DNA of 64,000 nt from Patescibacteria group bacterium (GTDB taxonomy: Bacteria; Bacteroidota; Ignavibacteria; Kapaibacteriales; Kapaibacteriaceae). The notes under the pieces were generated by a model, which saw nothing but the letters and a program-made list of their open reading frames with translations, did not search any database and was not told where the DNA came from. Shown here in pieces: positions 38,065 to 51,381 of this stretch. Every line of letters begins with the position of its first letter. Position 1 is the first letter of the stretch. The stretch is taken from the NCBI GenBank assembly GCA_044238605.1, contig JBIICY010000008.1, positions 6,507-70,506 of the forward strand. Direction: 5' to 3'. Both the position numbers and the translations under genes were made by a program.

Positions 38065-39378
38065 CTATCGTCCAGCTCTGCGGTATTCGTACTTCGGATT
38101 TCCTGGCAGCGTAGAGCGCAGACGAAAGTCGCCGAAACCAGACGGATCCTCAAATGTGACAACAACGCCGTTAGGATACGTCCACCGAGAAAACACTGTA
38201 AGCCTGTTTTGTCCAAGCAACCGCTCAACTGTTAGAGGCTCCCCGTAGATGATGTACACACGTCCCATATCAGTAAGCCACCCTTCGTTGTACGACCTAA
38301 ACCTCTCGTTGGCAACCTCAATACGACCGTAGTACTCTTCCAGCGCCTCATTCTTGGCGCTGTTTGGTGTGGGGTCTATCGACTTCCAAAAGTTCTCGAA
38401 TCGCGTTAAGCGTTCACCGTCCGTACTAGCTGCCAAAAGCGAGTCAATCGTGTCTTGTCCAGTTACATAGATCAGCTGCTTGATTGCCTTTCGTAGATCC
38501 TTCAGGAGTTCACCAGCCATAGACTGGGGAACATGGTAAGACCGGCTTGTGGATGCCAGCACGTCTGCTGTGTCAACTGCGCCATCTGCATTAACGGGAT
38601 GAGCACGTATCGCAAGAGTGTACTCTCCCGGGATCAGTCTTCCCGCGAGCACTATTGGCACAAACGCCTGCGTTGCTTGCCCCGTAGGACGCATTGGCTC
38701 GGCGCTTCCGGATGCGAGTGCGCGCATATCTGAGCTTGAGATATCCCACGTAAAACCGACGAGGCTGCGAATTGATGACGTATAGTATTCGAAGAATGCA
38801 AAGAGTCGTTGATCATTCGACCACATCTGTTCGCCGATGTAGGGGATAATCGTATACCTATTGCCTCGTTGTTCGATTTCACTAAGGTACAGAATCGAAC
38901 TCAGGGCATCTGCTTCAGCATTGAGATCATACACTGTTTGGCGTTGTTCAGCAGAGTAGGTCTTCTGTCCAAACACATCGCGAGCCTGTACATCGATTAC
39001 ATAGATGCCAGCAGGCAGCGTAAATCGCCGTTGTGTGTTATCAGATTTGCCTGTTTTTCCGCGCACAACGGTATAGCTCGATTCAACGATCGTCTTCGTG
39101 AGAGATGTGTCTATGTATGTTGTACCAACGGTATCGCGTATGCGGATGCGGAGAGTGTATTCACCCACGAAGGAACCATCATACGGGGTGAACTGAAGAT
39201 GCTCATACGGCATTGCCACATACACATCCAGTAGGGGATTGGCTGCCGGCCCCCTTCCTTTGAGGGATACCGCGTCGAGTTTAAGCACCGACAGTTGGTC
39301 CGTATACATCCATGCTGGTGCAGCGTTATGGACAGGTGGAGTCAATAGTCCGAGTGCTGCTGTAATGGGGAGGATCAT
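38065..39378 (-). CDS. GWxTD domain-containing protein
   Basis: FWKSIDPTP, EEYYGRIEVANERF, EGWLTDMGRVYIIYGEP; start moved to ATG 39378. Confidence 0.9.
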   Translation of the reverse strand: MILPITAALGLLTPPVHNAAPAWMYTDQLSVLKLDAVSLKGRGPAANPLLDVYVAMPYEHLQFTPYDGSFVGEYTLRIRIRDTVGTTYIDTSLTKTIVESSYTVVRGKTGKSDNTQRRFTLPAGIYVIDVQARDVFGQKTYSAEQRQTVYDLNAEADALSSILYLSEIEQRGNRYTIIPYIGEQMWSNDQRLFAFFEYYTSSIRSLVGFTWDISSSDMRALASGSAEPMRPTGQATQAFVPIVLAGRLIPGEYTLAIRAHPVNADGAVDTADVLASTSRSYHVPQSMAGELLKDLRKAIKQLIYVTGQDTIDSLLAASTDGERLTRFENFWKSIDPTPNSAKNEALEEYYGRIEVANERFRSYNEGWLTDMGRVYIIYGEPLTVERLLGQNRLTVFSRWTYPNGVVVTFEDPSGFGDFRLRSTLPGNPKYEYRRAGR

Positions 39379-39391
39379 GGTGTACTCTTCA

Positions 39392-40675
39392 CTATACGTT
39401 GACCTGTAATTTCCAGACTTCCCGCGTTTCGCGCGCCAGACGTTCTCGGTCATCAGGATGTGCCAACCTGATGAGCATCTGTGCTCGCTCGCGCAAAGAC
39501 GTGCCGTGAAGATAGGCCACGCCATACTCAGTGACAAGGTAGTGCACATGAGCGCGTGTTGATACCACGCCTGCGCCGGGTTTAAGCAGTGTTGTAATCC
39601 TGCTGATGCCGCTCGAGGTTCGCGAAGGCAGGGCGATGATGGGTCTGCCACCTTCAGCTCGTGCAGCGCCACGCATAAAATCAACCTGTCCGCCAACACC
39701 TGAATACGGCGCCGGCCCAATCGAGTCGGCGCACACTTGCCCGGTAACATCAACTTCGATAGCGCTGTTGATGGCCGTCATCTTTGGATTTCTCTGAATA
39801 TTGGCTGGGTTGTTAACGTACGCAACATCAAGCATTGATATCATGGGATTGTCGTCGATAAAATCGTAGACCTTCTTTGACCCCATCACAAATGTTGCCA
39901 CGATCTTATTGGGGTGAATCGTCTTTTGCGATCCGTTCACAACGTTGTTCTCGATCAGCGGCAGAAGGCCGTCGCTGAACATCTCTGTATGTATGCCCAG
40001 GTTCTTATGCGAATGCAGCTGATGCAGCACAGCATCGGGAATTGCACCAATGCCCATCTGCAGCGTAGCCCCGTCATCAACAAGAGATGCCACGTGTTTG
40101 CCAATAGCTGTTTCGACATCACCAAGCACTGGAGGCTGGACCTCAAAGATTGGTTCATCCACCTCTATCATGTAGGTAAGCTTATCCTGATGGATGAGTG
40201 CATCACCGTGTGTTCTCGGCATCCTGGGATTGACTTGTGCAATCACAATGCTGGCAGAGTGTAGGGCCTCATGCGCAGCCTCGACGGTTACTCCGAGTGA
40301 ACAGAACCCGTGCTGGTCAGGGGGCGAGACATTGATCAATGCAACATCAACGGGGATCGTTCTTGATCGAAACAACTGTGGGATTTCTGATAGAAACACA
40401 GGTGCATAATCTGCTCTACCTTCCTGAACGGCCTTGCGCATGTTGCCGCCGATAAAGAGACATGTTACGCGGAAGCTCTCGGCATACACTGGGTCTGCAT
40501 ATGGTGCCGGACCCTCAGTATGGAGATGAATGATGCGTACATCACGCAAACGCTCTGCCTGACGCACGAGCTCGTGGATAAGCGTCTGTGGTGCTGCGGC
40601 AACACTGTGGATGTAGAGACTATGGCCAGACTGTATCGACGCGATAGCTTCTGAAACACGAACTACTCTGCCCAT
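39392..40675 (-). CDS. Acetyl-CoA hydrolase/transferase family (4-hydroxybutyrate CoA-transferase-like)
   Basis: LQMGIGAIPDA, GIHTEMFSDG, SGVGGQVDF, VTEYGVA. Confidence 0.93.
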   Translation of the reverse strand: MGRVVRVSEAIASIQSGHSLYIHSVAAAPQTLIHELVRQAERLRDVRIIHLHTEGPAPYADPVYAESFRVTCLFIGGNMRKAVQEGRADYAPVFLSEIPQLFRSRTIPVDVALINVSPPDQHGFCSLGVTVEAAHEALHSASIVIAQVNPRMPRTHGDALIHQDKLTYMIEVDEPIFEVQPPVLGDVETAIGKHVASLVDDGATLQMGIGAIPDAVLHQLHSHKNLGIHTEMFSDGLLPLIENNVVNGSQKTIHPNKIVATFVMGSKKVYDFIDDNPMISMLDVAYVNNPANIQRNPKMTAINSAIEVDVTGQVCADSIGPAPYSGVGGQVDFMRGAARAEGGRPIIALPSRTSSGISRITTLLKPGAGVVSTRAHVHYLVTEYGVAYLHGTSLRERAQMLIRLAHPDDRERLARETREVWKLQVNV

Positions 40676-40703
40676 TGATTCTCCTGTAGGTATGCCAAGT
40701 GCA

Positions 40704-40727
40704 CAAAGTTACTCTTTGGTATTTTTG
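40704..40727. promoter_or_regulatory. Back-to-back divergent TAnnTTTG promoter elements
   Basis: TAACTTTG on minus (40704-40711) and TATTTTTG on plus (40720-40727) between divergent genes. Confidence 0.6.
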
Positions 40728-40750
40728 CACGACTATCTGGAGACCATCGC

Positions 40751-42784
40751 ATGGAAGTAAAGAACATCGTTTTTGTGATCATTCTTGCCGCAGCCTTCGG
40801 CATTTTTTCCCGCAGTGCTATGCGCCTTATCGCATGGCTCAATGTAGGAAAGCCGGATAACAGGTTTGATCGCATTGGAGAGCGCATCAAGACTACACTT
40901 GTTGTAGGTATTGGTCAAAGCAAGATCCTACGTGACAAAGTAGCAGGGCCGATTCACGCGGGGATTTTCTGGGGCTTTCTGATCCTGTTGTTCTCTGTTA
41001 TCGAAATGATCCTTGATGGATTCCATGAAGGATGGTCGCTGAATATTCTCGGACCGATCTATAGCGTGGTCTCAATCCTGACAGATGTTTTTTGCCTTCT
41101 TATCATCGTTGGTACGATGATGTCGCTATGGCGCAGGTACGTTACAAAAGTTAAACGCCTGCAGGTAGAGCATGAGAAAGTTGAAGCCGGGATGATTCTA
41201 CTAACGATATTTACTATCGTGAGCTCGCTGTTTATCGAGAATGCGCTTCGCGGTCAAATGCCATCGGGCGACTACTCATGGGCAGTGCGCCCTGTGAGCG
41301 GTCCGTTTGGCCATGCATTGGCTGGCATGTTGGGTAGCGGTGGCACGCACATCGTGTATGAGATTGCATGGTGGATGCACTGCGTGTTGATTCTGTCGTT
41401 TATGAACTACCTGCCGTACTCGAAACACCTGCACGTTCTAACGTCTATACCAAACGTCTTCCTGGGTCCGTTAGCCCCTTCCAATGCAATGCAGCCAATC
41501 GACTTTGAAGAAGAGGGCGTTGAAAAATTTGGTGTTGTTGATATTGAAGATCTCTCTTGGAAGTCGTTGCTTGACGGGTACACATGTACGCATTGCGGAC
41601 GCTGCACAAGCGTGTGTCCGGCAAACCAGACGGGCAAGGTGCTCGATCCTCGTGGAGTGATCATTGCGATTCATGACCGTACGATGGACAAAGCGCCGTT
41701 GATCCTCAAAAAGCAGAATAACGAAGAGCTTACAACCGATGAGCAGGCCGTGTGGGACAAGAAGCTCATCGGCGACTACGTGAATCCCGATGCCTTGTGG
41801 GCGTGTACAACATGCGGTGCATGTATGCAGGAATGTCCAGTGAACATTGAACACGTACCAGCGATCGTTGGTATGCGTAGGTCAATGGTGATGATGGAGT
41901 CGATGTTCAACGATGAGTCGGCACTGCTTCCGGATATCTACGGCAACATGGAAAACAACTCTGTGCCATGGGGCGGCTTCGGACAGGCCGATCGTGCAAA
42001 CTGGGCAGACGGAATGGGAATCAAAACGGCCGCAGAAGATTCGTCGATGGAAGTGCTCTTCTGGGTTGGATGTGCTGGATCCTATGACGAACGTGCAAAG
42101 AAGACCACCAAGGCCTTCGCAGAGTTGATGCAGATCGCCGGAGTTGATTTCCGTATCCTGGGAACAGAAGAGAACTGCACAGGTGATGTTGCGCGCAGAA
42201 CTGGTAACGAGTACCTGGCAGACATGCTTACCAAGACCAACGTAGAAACCTTCCAGCGCTATAATGTCACGAAGATCGTAGCCACCTGTCCGCACTGCTT
42301 TAACTCGTTAAAGAATGAGTATCCGCAGTATGGATTCTCTGCTGAGATCCTTCACCACACGCAGTTCATACAGGAGCTTATCGCAAGTGGTAGGTTGGTG
42401 ATCGACCGATCATCCGCATCATCAGAGGCGATCACGTATCATGACTCGTGCTATCTCGGGCGATACAACAACGAGTTTGAGGCGCCACGAGCGGCCATAG
42501 AAAACGTACCTGGCCTTACAATCCTCGAGCCCGCACGATCAGGCGACAGGGGGCTGTGCTGCGGTGCTGGCGGCGGACGCATGTTCATGGAAGAGCATGT
42601 TGGAGACCGTGTGAACATTACGCGTACCAATGAGCTCCTTGCTACCGGAGCGGAAACGATCGCTGTTAACTGTCCGTTCTGTGCCACGATGATTACCGAT
42701 GGCGTCAAGGCCGCTGAGAAGACCGACACTGTAGTTGTTCGCGACGTAGCAGAGATTCTGCTGGACCACGTACGGTCCAACTAA
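40751..42784 (+). CDS. Membrane-bound Fe-S oxidoreductase (FadF / HdrD-like CCG domains)
   Basis: N-terminal TM domain, CTHCGRCTSVCP and CTTCGACMQECP, YHDSCYLGR, CCGAGGG. Confidence 0.9.
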   Translation: MEVKNIVFVIILAAAFGIFSRSAMRLIAWLNVGKPDNRFDRIGERIKTTLVVGIGQSKILRDKVAGPIHAGIFWGFLILLFSVIEMILDGFHEGWSLNILGPIYSVVSILTDVFCLLIIVGTMMSLWRRYVTKVKRLQVEHEKVEAGMILLTIFTIVSSLFIENALRGQMPSGDYSWAVRPVSGPFGHALAGMLGSGGTHIVYEIAWWMHCVLILSFMNYLPYSKHLHVLTSIPNVFLGPLAPSNAMQPIDFEEEGVEKFGVVDIEDLSWKSLLDGYTCTHCGRCTSVCPANQTGKVLDPRGVIIAIHDRTMDKAPLILKKQNNEELTTDEQAVWDKKLIGDYVNPDALWACTTCGACMQECPVNIEHVPAIVGMRRSMVMMESMFNDESALLPDIYGNMENNSVPWGGFGQADRANWADGMGIKTAAEDSSMEVLFWVGCAGSYDERAKKTTKAFAELMQIAGVDFRILGTEENCTGDVARRTGNEYLADMLTKTNVETFQRYNVTKIVATCPHCFNSLKNEYPQYGFSAEILHHTQFIQELIASGRLVIDRSSASSEAITYHDSCYLGRYNNEFEAPRAAIENVPGLTILEPARSGDRGLCCGAGGGRMFMEEHVGDRVNITRTNELLATGAETIAVNCPFCATMITDGVKAAEKTDTVVVRDVAEILLDHVRSN

Positions 42785-42793
42785 GGGTCGACG

Positions 42794-44074
42794 TTAGATC
42801 ACACGTGCACTCATGCCGAATTGCTTTGCCAGCAGTTCGGTAAGGTGCGCGCGGTTATGCGAAGCAATGACGTCTTCGTTAGGCTTTGGCATACGGCCCT
42901 GTTTCCACGCTGTATACATTTCGACGATGCTTGTTGCTATCGCGTCAACGTCGTCGGGCTCTGTGATCCATGCAGCCCCATATCGCTGAGCATCTTTGCG
43001 AAGTATGCCGTCGGGAACGCTTACCAGAAGCGGTTTACGCGATGCCATGTATTCGTAGAGCTTTGCACTGGAGATCGTATCGGCGTTGCGCGTGTTACCA
43101 ACCATCATCCAGAGCGCATCACTCGAGAGTAGATGCCGTACTGAGTCGCCGTGCTCACAGTATCCATGATCGGTGATCAATGCATCAATGCGGTACTTCT
43201 TTGCTGCCTTCTTGTATTCATCGCGGAGCAGACCAACAAACTGCAGGTCCAGCTTGATTGTTGGATTCTCGGTGATAACCTTCTTTACCGCCTTGAAAAA
43301 AGGGATCGGGGATACAACATCGTAGAAGATACCTGCATAGGTCAAACGAAATGCAGAATCTTCACGAGGAAAGGGGCTTACCTGCACAAAGTCTGCAGGA
43401 TCATAACCGTGCGGAATGATGGCAACTTCGTCTGAGCGCAGAAAGTTATAGCGCGCAATGAGATGCTCTTTGATGCGACGGTTCGTAACGGTAACACGAG
43501 AAGCAACAGAGAGCACTTCGCGTTCAAGCTGCTGATGTTTGTTTGAGTGCCACAGCGTTGGGTAGAAGTGAAACTGATTGCCTACCCATAAGTCACGATA
43601 GTCCACAATCAGCGGAATACCTGTTTCCTTGCTTAGCGTGGCAGCGGCCATCATTGAGGAAAACGGCGGACCGCTCACAAAGATCGCTTCATACTCATAC
43701 TGCTGTACAAGGTCGCGTGCAACAGCAAGCGCCTGTTGTGCCCAGGCCTTCTTATTGTCGGGAATAAAGAACGTGTCGCTTAGCCGTCGGAGGATCTTGC
43801 GAACAAACTCACGGGGCATTTTGATCGTGCCCTGATCTTTGAGCAGGCTATTGGGGTCTTTCCCCTCTGTGCGATAAATCAGTATGTCACGATCCTCAAG
43901 ATCGGTGAGCAGTGATTCATCGTGCGCATAATACGCTGTTGGGCCCGTTGTAATCACATGCGGCTGCCATCCCACGTCGGGAAGGTACTTCATGAACTTA
44001 CTAACACGCTGAACACCGCTAAGTCCCATTGGAGGGAAGTAGTAGGCAAAAACAAGAACGCGTTGATTCGACAT
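42794..44074 (-). CDS. Glycosyltransferase family 4
   Basis: YYFPP..GVQR, SGPPFS, DYRDLW, KLYEYMA. Confidence 0.9.
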   Translation of the reverse strand: MSNQRVLVFAYYFPPMGLSGVQRVSKFMKYLPDVGWQPHVITTGPTAYYAHDESLLTDLEDRDILIYRTEGKDPNSLLKDQGTIKMPREFVRKILRRLSDTFFIPDNKKAWAQQALAVARDLVQQYEYEAIFVSGPPFSSMMAAATLSKETGIPLIVDYRDLWVGNQFHFYPTLWHSNKHQQLEREVLSVASRVTVTNRRIKEHLIARYNFLRSDEVAIIPHGYDPADFVQVSPFPREDSAFRLTYAGIFYDVVSPIPFFKAVKKVITENPTIKLDLQFVGLLRDEYKKAAKKYRIDALITDHGYCEHGDSVRHLLSSDALWMMVGNTRNADTISSAKLYEYMASRKPLLVSVPDGILRKDAQRYGAAWITEPDDVDAIATSIVEMYTAWKQGRMPKPNEDVIASHNRAHLTELLAKQFGMSARVI

Positions 44075-44080
44075 AATGGG

Positions 44081-45187
44081 TTAGACGATCACCAATTCTC
44101 GTGGAGCAGTGGTCAAGATCTGCGCACCCTTAGGAGTTACCACAACATCGTCTTCGATGCGCATCCCGAACTTGCCCGGCAGATAGATTCCTGGTTCGAT
44201 AGTAACGACGCAGTTCGTCGGAATCTGTTCATGCTTGTTGGTGTACGAAACGCGTGGATGCTCGTGGACTTCGTATCCAAGGCCGTGGCCAAGCGAGTGA
44301 CGGAAGTAGTCGCCATATCCTGCACGAGAAATAACGTTGCGTGCAGCGGCATCCAGTTCGGCACCGGTCACACCCGAAACAGCTGCATCAAGAGCCGTCA
44401 TGTGGGCATCATAGAGAACTGAAAAAACGTCGATGACAGCTTTTTTCGGTGTATCAACACAGAACGTTCTTGTCATATCACTGTAGAGACCGTCAACACA
44501 GCATCCAAAGTCCACAGTGATCACATCGCCCTTCTTGATCTTCGCATCACTGGCGCGTCCGTGCGGCATAGCACTGCGAGCCCCTGCCACAACGATGATG
44601 TCGAAGGCGTCTTTCTCAGATCCCAGCTCGCGTGTTGTTGTAGCAAGGAATGTTGCGATCTGACGTTCGGTCATTCCTGGACGCACCATACCCAGCATGC
44701 GCTCATAAGCTGTGCTAGTAATCTGGGCCGCAGCTGCGATGCTCTTGATCTCGGAACTGCTCTTCGCAAGCAACAGGCCATCGATAAAGCCCGGGATATC
44801 AACAAGTTTTGATCCCTTCAATGCCTTCTTCATTCCGAGGTATCCGGCATGACTATGACGTCCCGAGTCGAAGCCAACGTTCTTCCAGGTCTTGTTGATC
44901 TGCTGAGCGGCAACAAGACTCCACGGATCGCGATTGATATAGACCTTGAGTCCGTCCAGCTTGTGCAGCTCTTTCTGCACCTGTACTTCGTACAGATCGT
45001 TTGTAAAGAAGTGTATGTTCTTCTTTGTCACGATAGCCATAGCATACGACCCCGAAAATCCAGTCAGGTATCTCAGGCTCGGCGTATGGGCTATGACGTA
45101 TGCATCGACCTTGTGAGCTGCAAGCCCCTTACGGATTGATGCTAGGCGCTCTGTGGCAGCGTTGAATTGGGCTCTGGAGGTGGCCAT
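44081..45187 (-). CDS. Xaa-Pro peptidase (M24B, cytoplasmic)
   Basis: RYLTGFSGS, SDMTRT, HSLGHGLG.EVHE, TIEPGIY, RIEDD. Confidence 0.92.
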   Translation of the reverse strand: MATSRAQFNAATERLASIRKGLAAHKVDAYVIAHTPSLRYLTGFSGSYAMAIVTKKNIHFFTNDLYEVQVQKELHKLDGLKVYINRDPWSLVAAQQINKTWKNVGFDSGRHSHAGYLGMKKALKGSKLVDIPGFIDGLLLAKSSSEIKSIAAAAQITSTAYERMLGMVRPGMTERQIATFLATTTRELGSEKDAFDIIVVAGARSAMPHGRASDAKIKKGDVITVDFGCCVDGLYSDMTRTFCVDTPKKAVIDVFSVLYDAHMTALDAAVSGVTGAELDAAARNVISRAGYGDYFRHSLGHGLGYEVHEHPRVSYTNKHEQIPTNCVVTIEPGIYLPGKFGMRIEDDVVVTPKGAQILTTAPRELVIV

Positions 45188-45189
45188 AG

Positions 45190-46702
<1,513 letters not shown>

Positions 46703-46725
46703 TCCACATCGATATAATTGTTGTG

Positions 46726-47145
46726 TTAGGCCGACTCGCGCTGAAGCCTGCTTGCGCGAAGACGAGCCTCGGCCCAATGAATCTCATTAAGAGACTGGGT
46801 ACGTGACTGACGGTCTCCGGTACTAGAAGCATCACGGGCACTGGCAAGATCTGCCTCGGCGTCTTCTGCATTGATCTGCGAAGCAGGCACAAACTCCTGA
46901 ACAACGATGTTCACATTGTTCTTGAGCACTTCGATAAAGCCTTCGCGTGCGGCGTAGTAACTAACGTTATGGTTCTCGTCTTCGATCTTCATAACGCCGA
47001 TGTCGAGCGATGAAATGATCGGGGCGTGGTTGTACCAAACCTGAAACGGACTATGCGTGCCGGGCACAGCAACCGAAAGTGCCTTGCCCTCGAACGCCGT
47101 TTGGCTTGGAGTTACGATGCTGATGGAAAGTATGCGGTCTGCCAT
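46726..47145 (-). CDS. atpC: ATP synthase F1 epsilon subunit
   Basis: SIVTPS, HAPIISSL, GFIEV; follows atpD; start ATG 47145. Confidence 0.92.
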   Translation of the reverse strand: MADRILSISIVTPSQTAFEGKALSVAVPGTHSPFQVWYNHAPIISSLDIGVMKIEDENHNVSYYAAREGFIEVLKNNVNIVVQEFVPASQINAEDAEADLASARDASSTGDRQSRTQSLNEIHWAEARLRASRLQRESA

Positions 47146-47149
47146 ACGA

Positions 47150-48652
<1,503 letters not shown>

Positions 48653-48719
48653 CTAGGCGTTCCCATGACGTCTGAAATGGTAAATTTGTGACTCTAGTTT
48701 TCCCCATACACCACAAAAA

Positions 48720-49901
48720 ATGAGTCGCCCCATGACGTATATCATCTCGGCTGCCCGCACTCCTATTGGTTCATTGCTCGGATCACTGAGCGATTTCTCA
48801 GCCCCGCAGCTTGGCGCAGTGGCAATTTCGGCTGCTCTTGAACGCAGTGGCGTTCCGGGCGAAGCAGTGAGCGAAGTGATCATGGGCAACGTGCTCGCTG
48901 GTGGCGTTGGACAGGCCCCCGCACGCCAGGCAGTGATCTTTGCCGGTTTGCCGAAGAGTGTTCCGGCGATGACGATTAACAAGGTCTGTGGTTCGGGACT
49001 GAAGTCGGTGATGTTGGCCGATCAGGCAATTCGATGCGGCGATGCAGATATCGTGATCGCTGGCGGACAAGAGTCGATGACCAACGCGCCCCATGCGATG
49101 CTTGATTCACGTAAGGGTGTAAAGTTTGGCAATGCCCGCATGGTAGACCTGATGCAGTGGGACGGCTTGTGGGATGTCTATAATCAGGTTCCGATGGGAG
49201 ACGCAGCCGAAGTATGTGCCTCGGAATGCGGCATCACTCGCGATATGCAGGATGAGTTTACTATTGAGTCCTACAAGCGCGCGCAGCAAGCTCAGGCAGA
49301 CGGTGTCTTTGCCGATGAGATCGCGCCCGTAACAGTAAAGACTCGCAAAGGCGATGTAATCGTTGACACAGACGAAGAGCCAACCAAGGTACAGTTCGAC
49401 AAGATCCCGGCACTAAAGCCGGTGTTCAAGAAGGACGGAACAGTGACGGCTGCAAATGCATCAACGATCAACGATGGTGCTGCGGCACTTGTCCTTGCTT
49501 CGGAAAAGGCTGTAGCAGAGCACGGTCTCAAGCCAATGGCCCGCATTCTGGGCCAGGCTTCGTTTGCGCAGGATCCGATCTGGTTCACCACTGCGCCGGT
49601 TGATGCCATCAAGAGGGCGGTTGAGAAGGCCGGAATAACGGTAGAAGATATTGACCTCTTCGAGATCAACGAGGCTTTTGCTGTTGTTACGCTTGCCGCA
49701 CAGCAGCAGCTGTCGATTCCACGAGAAAAGGTGAATGTACATGGCGGCGCCGTTGCTCTCGGTCATCCTATCGGTGCCTCAGGTGCGCGCGTGCTCACAA
49801 CTTTGCTCTACGCGCTGAAGCGTCATGGAAAACGCTACGGACTCGCTACACTCTGCATCGGTGGCGGTGAAGCGAGCGCAGTGGTTGTAGAGGCACTATA
49901 A
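48720..49901 (+). CDS. Acetyl-CoA C-acyltransferase (thiolase)
   Basis: NKVCGSG, NEAFA, GHPIGASG, LCIGGG. Confidence 0.96.
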   Translation: MSRPMTYIISAARTPIGSLLGSLSDFSAPQLGAVAISAALERSGVPGEAVSEVIMGNVLAGGVGQAPARQAVIFAGLPKSVPAMTINKVCGSGLKSVMLADQAIRCGDADIVIAGGQESMTNAPHAMLDSRKGVKFGNARMVDLMQWDGLWDVYNQVPMGDAAEVCASECGITRDMQDEFTIESYKRAQQAQADGVFADEIAPVTVKTRKGDVIVDTDEEPTKVQFDKIPALKPVFKKDGTVTAANASTINDGAAALVLASEKAVAEHGLKPMARILGQASFAQDPIWFTTAPVDAIKRAVEKAGITVEDIDLFEINEAFAVVTLAAQQQLSIPREKVNVHGGAVALGHPIGASGARVLTTLLYALKRHGKRYGLATLCIGGGEASAVVVEAL

Positions 49902-49961
49902 GGCTGTGCTCTGAATACATTCTAGAACGACAACGAACATTTTCATTGAGGTAATCACAAC

Positions 49962-51344
49962 ATGAGTAATCGCACAATAACGCTGATCGAGGGAGATGGA
50001 ATTGGTCCGGAAATTTGCGACAGCGTCGTTCGCGTCTTTGAAGCCGCAGGCGTGCCAATCCAGTGGGAACGGGCACTTGCAGGACTCGGAGCAATAGAAG
50101 CCACTGGACAAGGAGTTCCAGAAGCAACATTTGAAAGCATCAAGCGCAATGGTATTGCGATCAAGGGGCCAACAACCACGCCAGTTGCCGGTGGACACAA
50201 ATCGGTGAACGTAACTATCCGCAAGGCCCTGGAGCTCTATGCTAACGTGCGTCTTGCAAAGTCGATGCCAGCCGTAGAAACACGATTTTCGAATGTAGAC
50301 ATTCTTATTGTTCGCGAAAACATCGAAGACACCTATGCGGGCATCGAGCACTTTCAAACCGCTAACGTTGCGCAGTGCTTAAAGCTTATTACCCGTCAGG
50401 GCTGCGAAGCAGTTATCCGCTACACGTTCGAAGAAGCGCGTAAGCTTGGACGTAAGCGTGTAACATGCGTGCACAAGGCAAACATTCACAAGATCACAGA
50501 TGGTCTCTGGCTTGAAGTGTTCCATGAAGTAGCTGCAGAATACCCTGAGATCGCATCCGATGATATCATCGTAGACAACTGCTGCATGCAGCTCGTGGCC
50601 CGTCCGGAACAGTTCGACGTTCTGGTACTTCCGAACCTTTATGGTGATATCGTGAGTGACCTTTGCGCCGGTATCGTTGGTGGTTTGGGTGTGGCGCCTG
50701 GTGGTAACATCGGCAAGACATGTGCCGTCTTCGAAGCTGTTCACGGTTCGGCACCCGACATTGCAGGGAAGGGGCTGGCCAATCCAACAGCTATTCTGAT
50801 TTCGTCAATCCAGATGCTCCAGCATATGGGATACATCGGCTATGCGCAAGCTATCGAGCAAGCCATGACGGCCACACTTGCAAGTGGTGTGAAGACACGC
50901 GACCTCGGCGGTACGGCTTCTACCTCGGAATACACCGATGCAATCATTGCGAACCTCCCAACGGTAACTAATACAGAATCGGTAGCAACTGCCGCAGCGG
51001 CAGAATCCAAGCCCCTTAGCCACAAGTCAATGTCGAGCTGGGACTGCGTTGGACTTGATGTATTTGTTCATCACGACGGACTTCCAGCAATGCCGCAGCA
51101 GGTGGGCGGGTTTACACTACGCCTGATGTCGAACCGTGGTACCAAGGTGTGGCCTGGTCCAACACCGGATATCCTGATGGTCGATCATTTCCGCTGCAGA
51201 TATGTTGCCGAAGCTCCGATTACCCGTCAGGATGCGCTTGGTGTTCTTACAGAGCTTACAGCAGCAAATGTTGAATGGCTGCATGTGGAGCTTCTGTGGA
51301 ACGATGCAGGTGAGGCAAAGTATACTAAGGCACAAGGCGAGTAA
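49962..51344 (+). CDS. icd: Isocitrate dehydrogenase with C-terminal extension domain
   Basis: GDGIGPEI, SVNVTIRK, HKANI, PNLYGDIVSD, EAVHGSAPDIAG; C-terminal SNRGTKVWP...DHFRCR...KAQGE. Confidence 0.88.
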   Translation: MSNRTITLIEGDGIGPEICDSVVRVFEAAGVPIQWERALAGLGAIEATGQGVPEATFESIKRNGIAIKGPTTTPVAGGHKSVNVTIRKALELYANVRLAKSMPAVETRFSNVDILIVRENIEDTYAGIEHFQTANVAQCLKLITRQGCEAVIRYTFEEARKLGRKRVTCVHKANIHKITDGLWLEVFHEVAAEYPEIASDDIIVDNCCMQLVARPEQFDVLVLPNLYGDIVSDLCAGIVGGLGVAPGGNIGKTCAVFEAVHGSAPDIAGKGLANPTAILISSIQMLQHMGYIGYAQAIEQAMTATLASGVKTRDLGGTASTSEYTDAIIANLPTVTNTESVATAAAAESKPLSHKSMSSWDCVGLDVFVHHDGLPAMPQQVGGFTLRLMSNRGTKVWPGPTPDILMVDHFRCRYVAEAPITRQDALGVLTELTAANVEWLHVELLWNDAGEAKYTKAQGE

Positions 51345-51381
51345 TCGTCCTGAGCCGTTCTGAATACGTACGGCATGTTGC

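Noticed and set aside
39379-39753. N-terminal extensions in the ORF track (GWxTD to 39753, glmM to 6793, atpC to 47229, yidD from 33215, MBL from 59211)
   Set aside because: They overlap neighbouring genes, and downstream ATGs match family N-termini and promoter/RBS positions.
50960-51344. Extra C-terminal domain on isocitrate dehydrogenase
   Set aside because: It resembles the known extension of Thermus/Rickettsia-type isocitrate dehydrogenases, so it is not novel.
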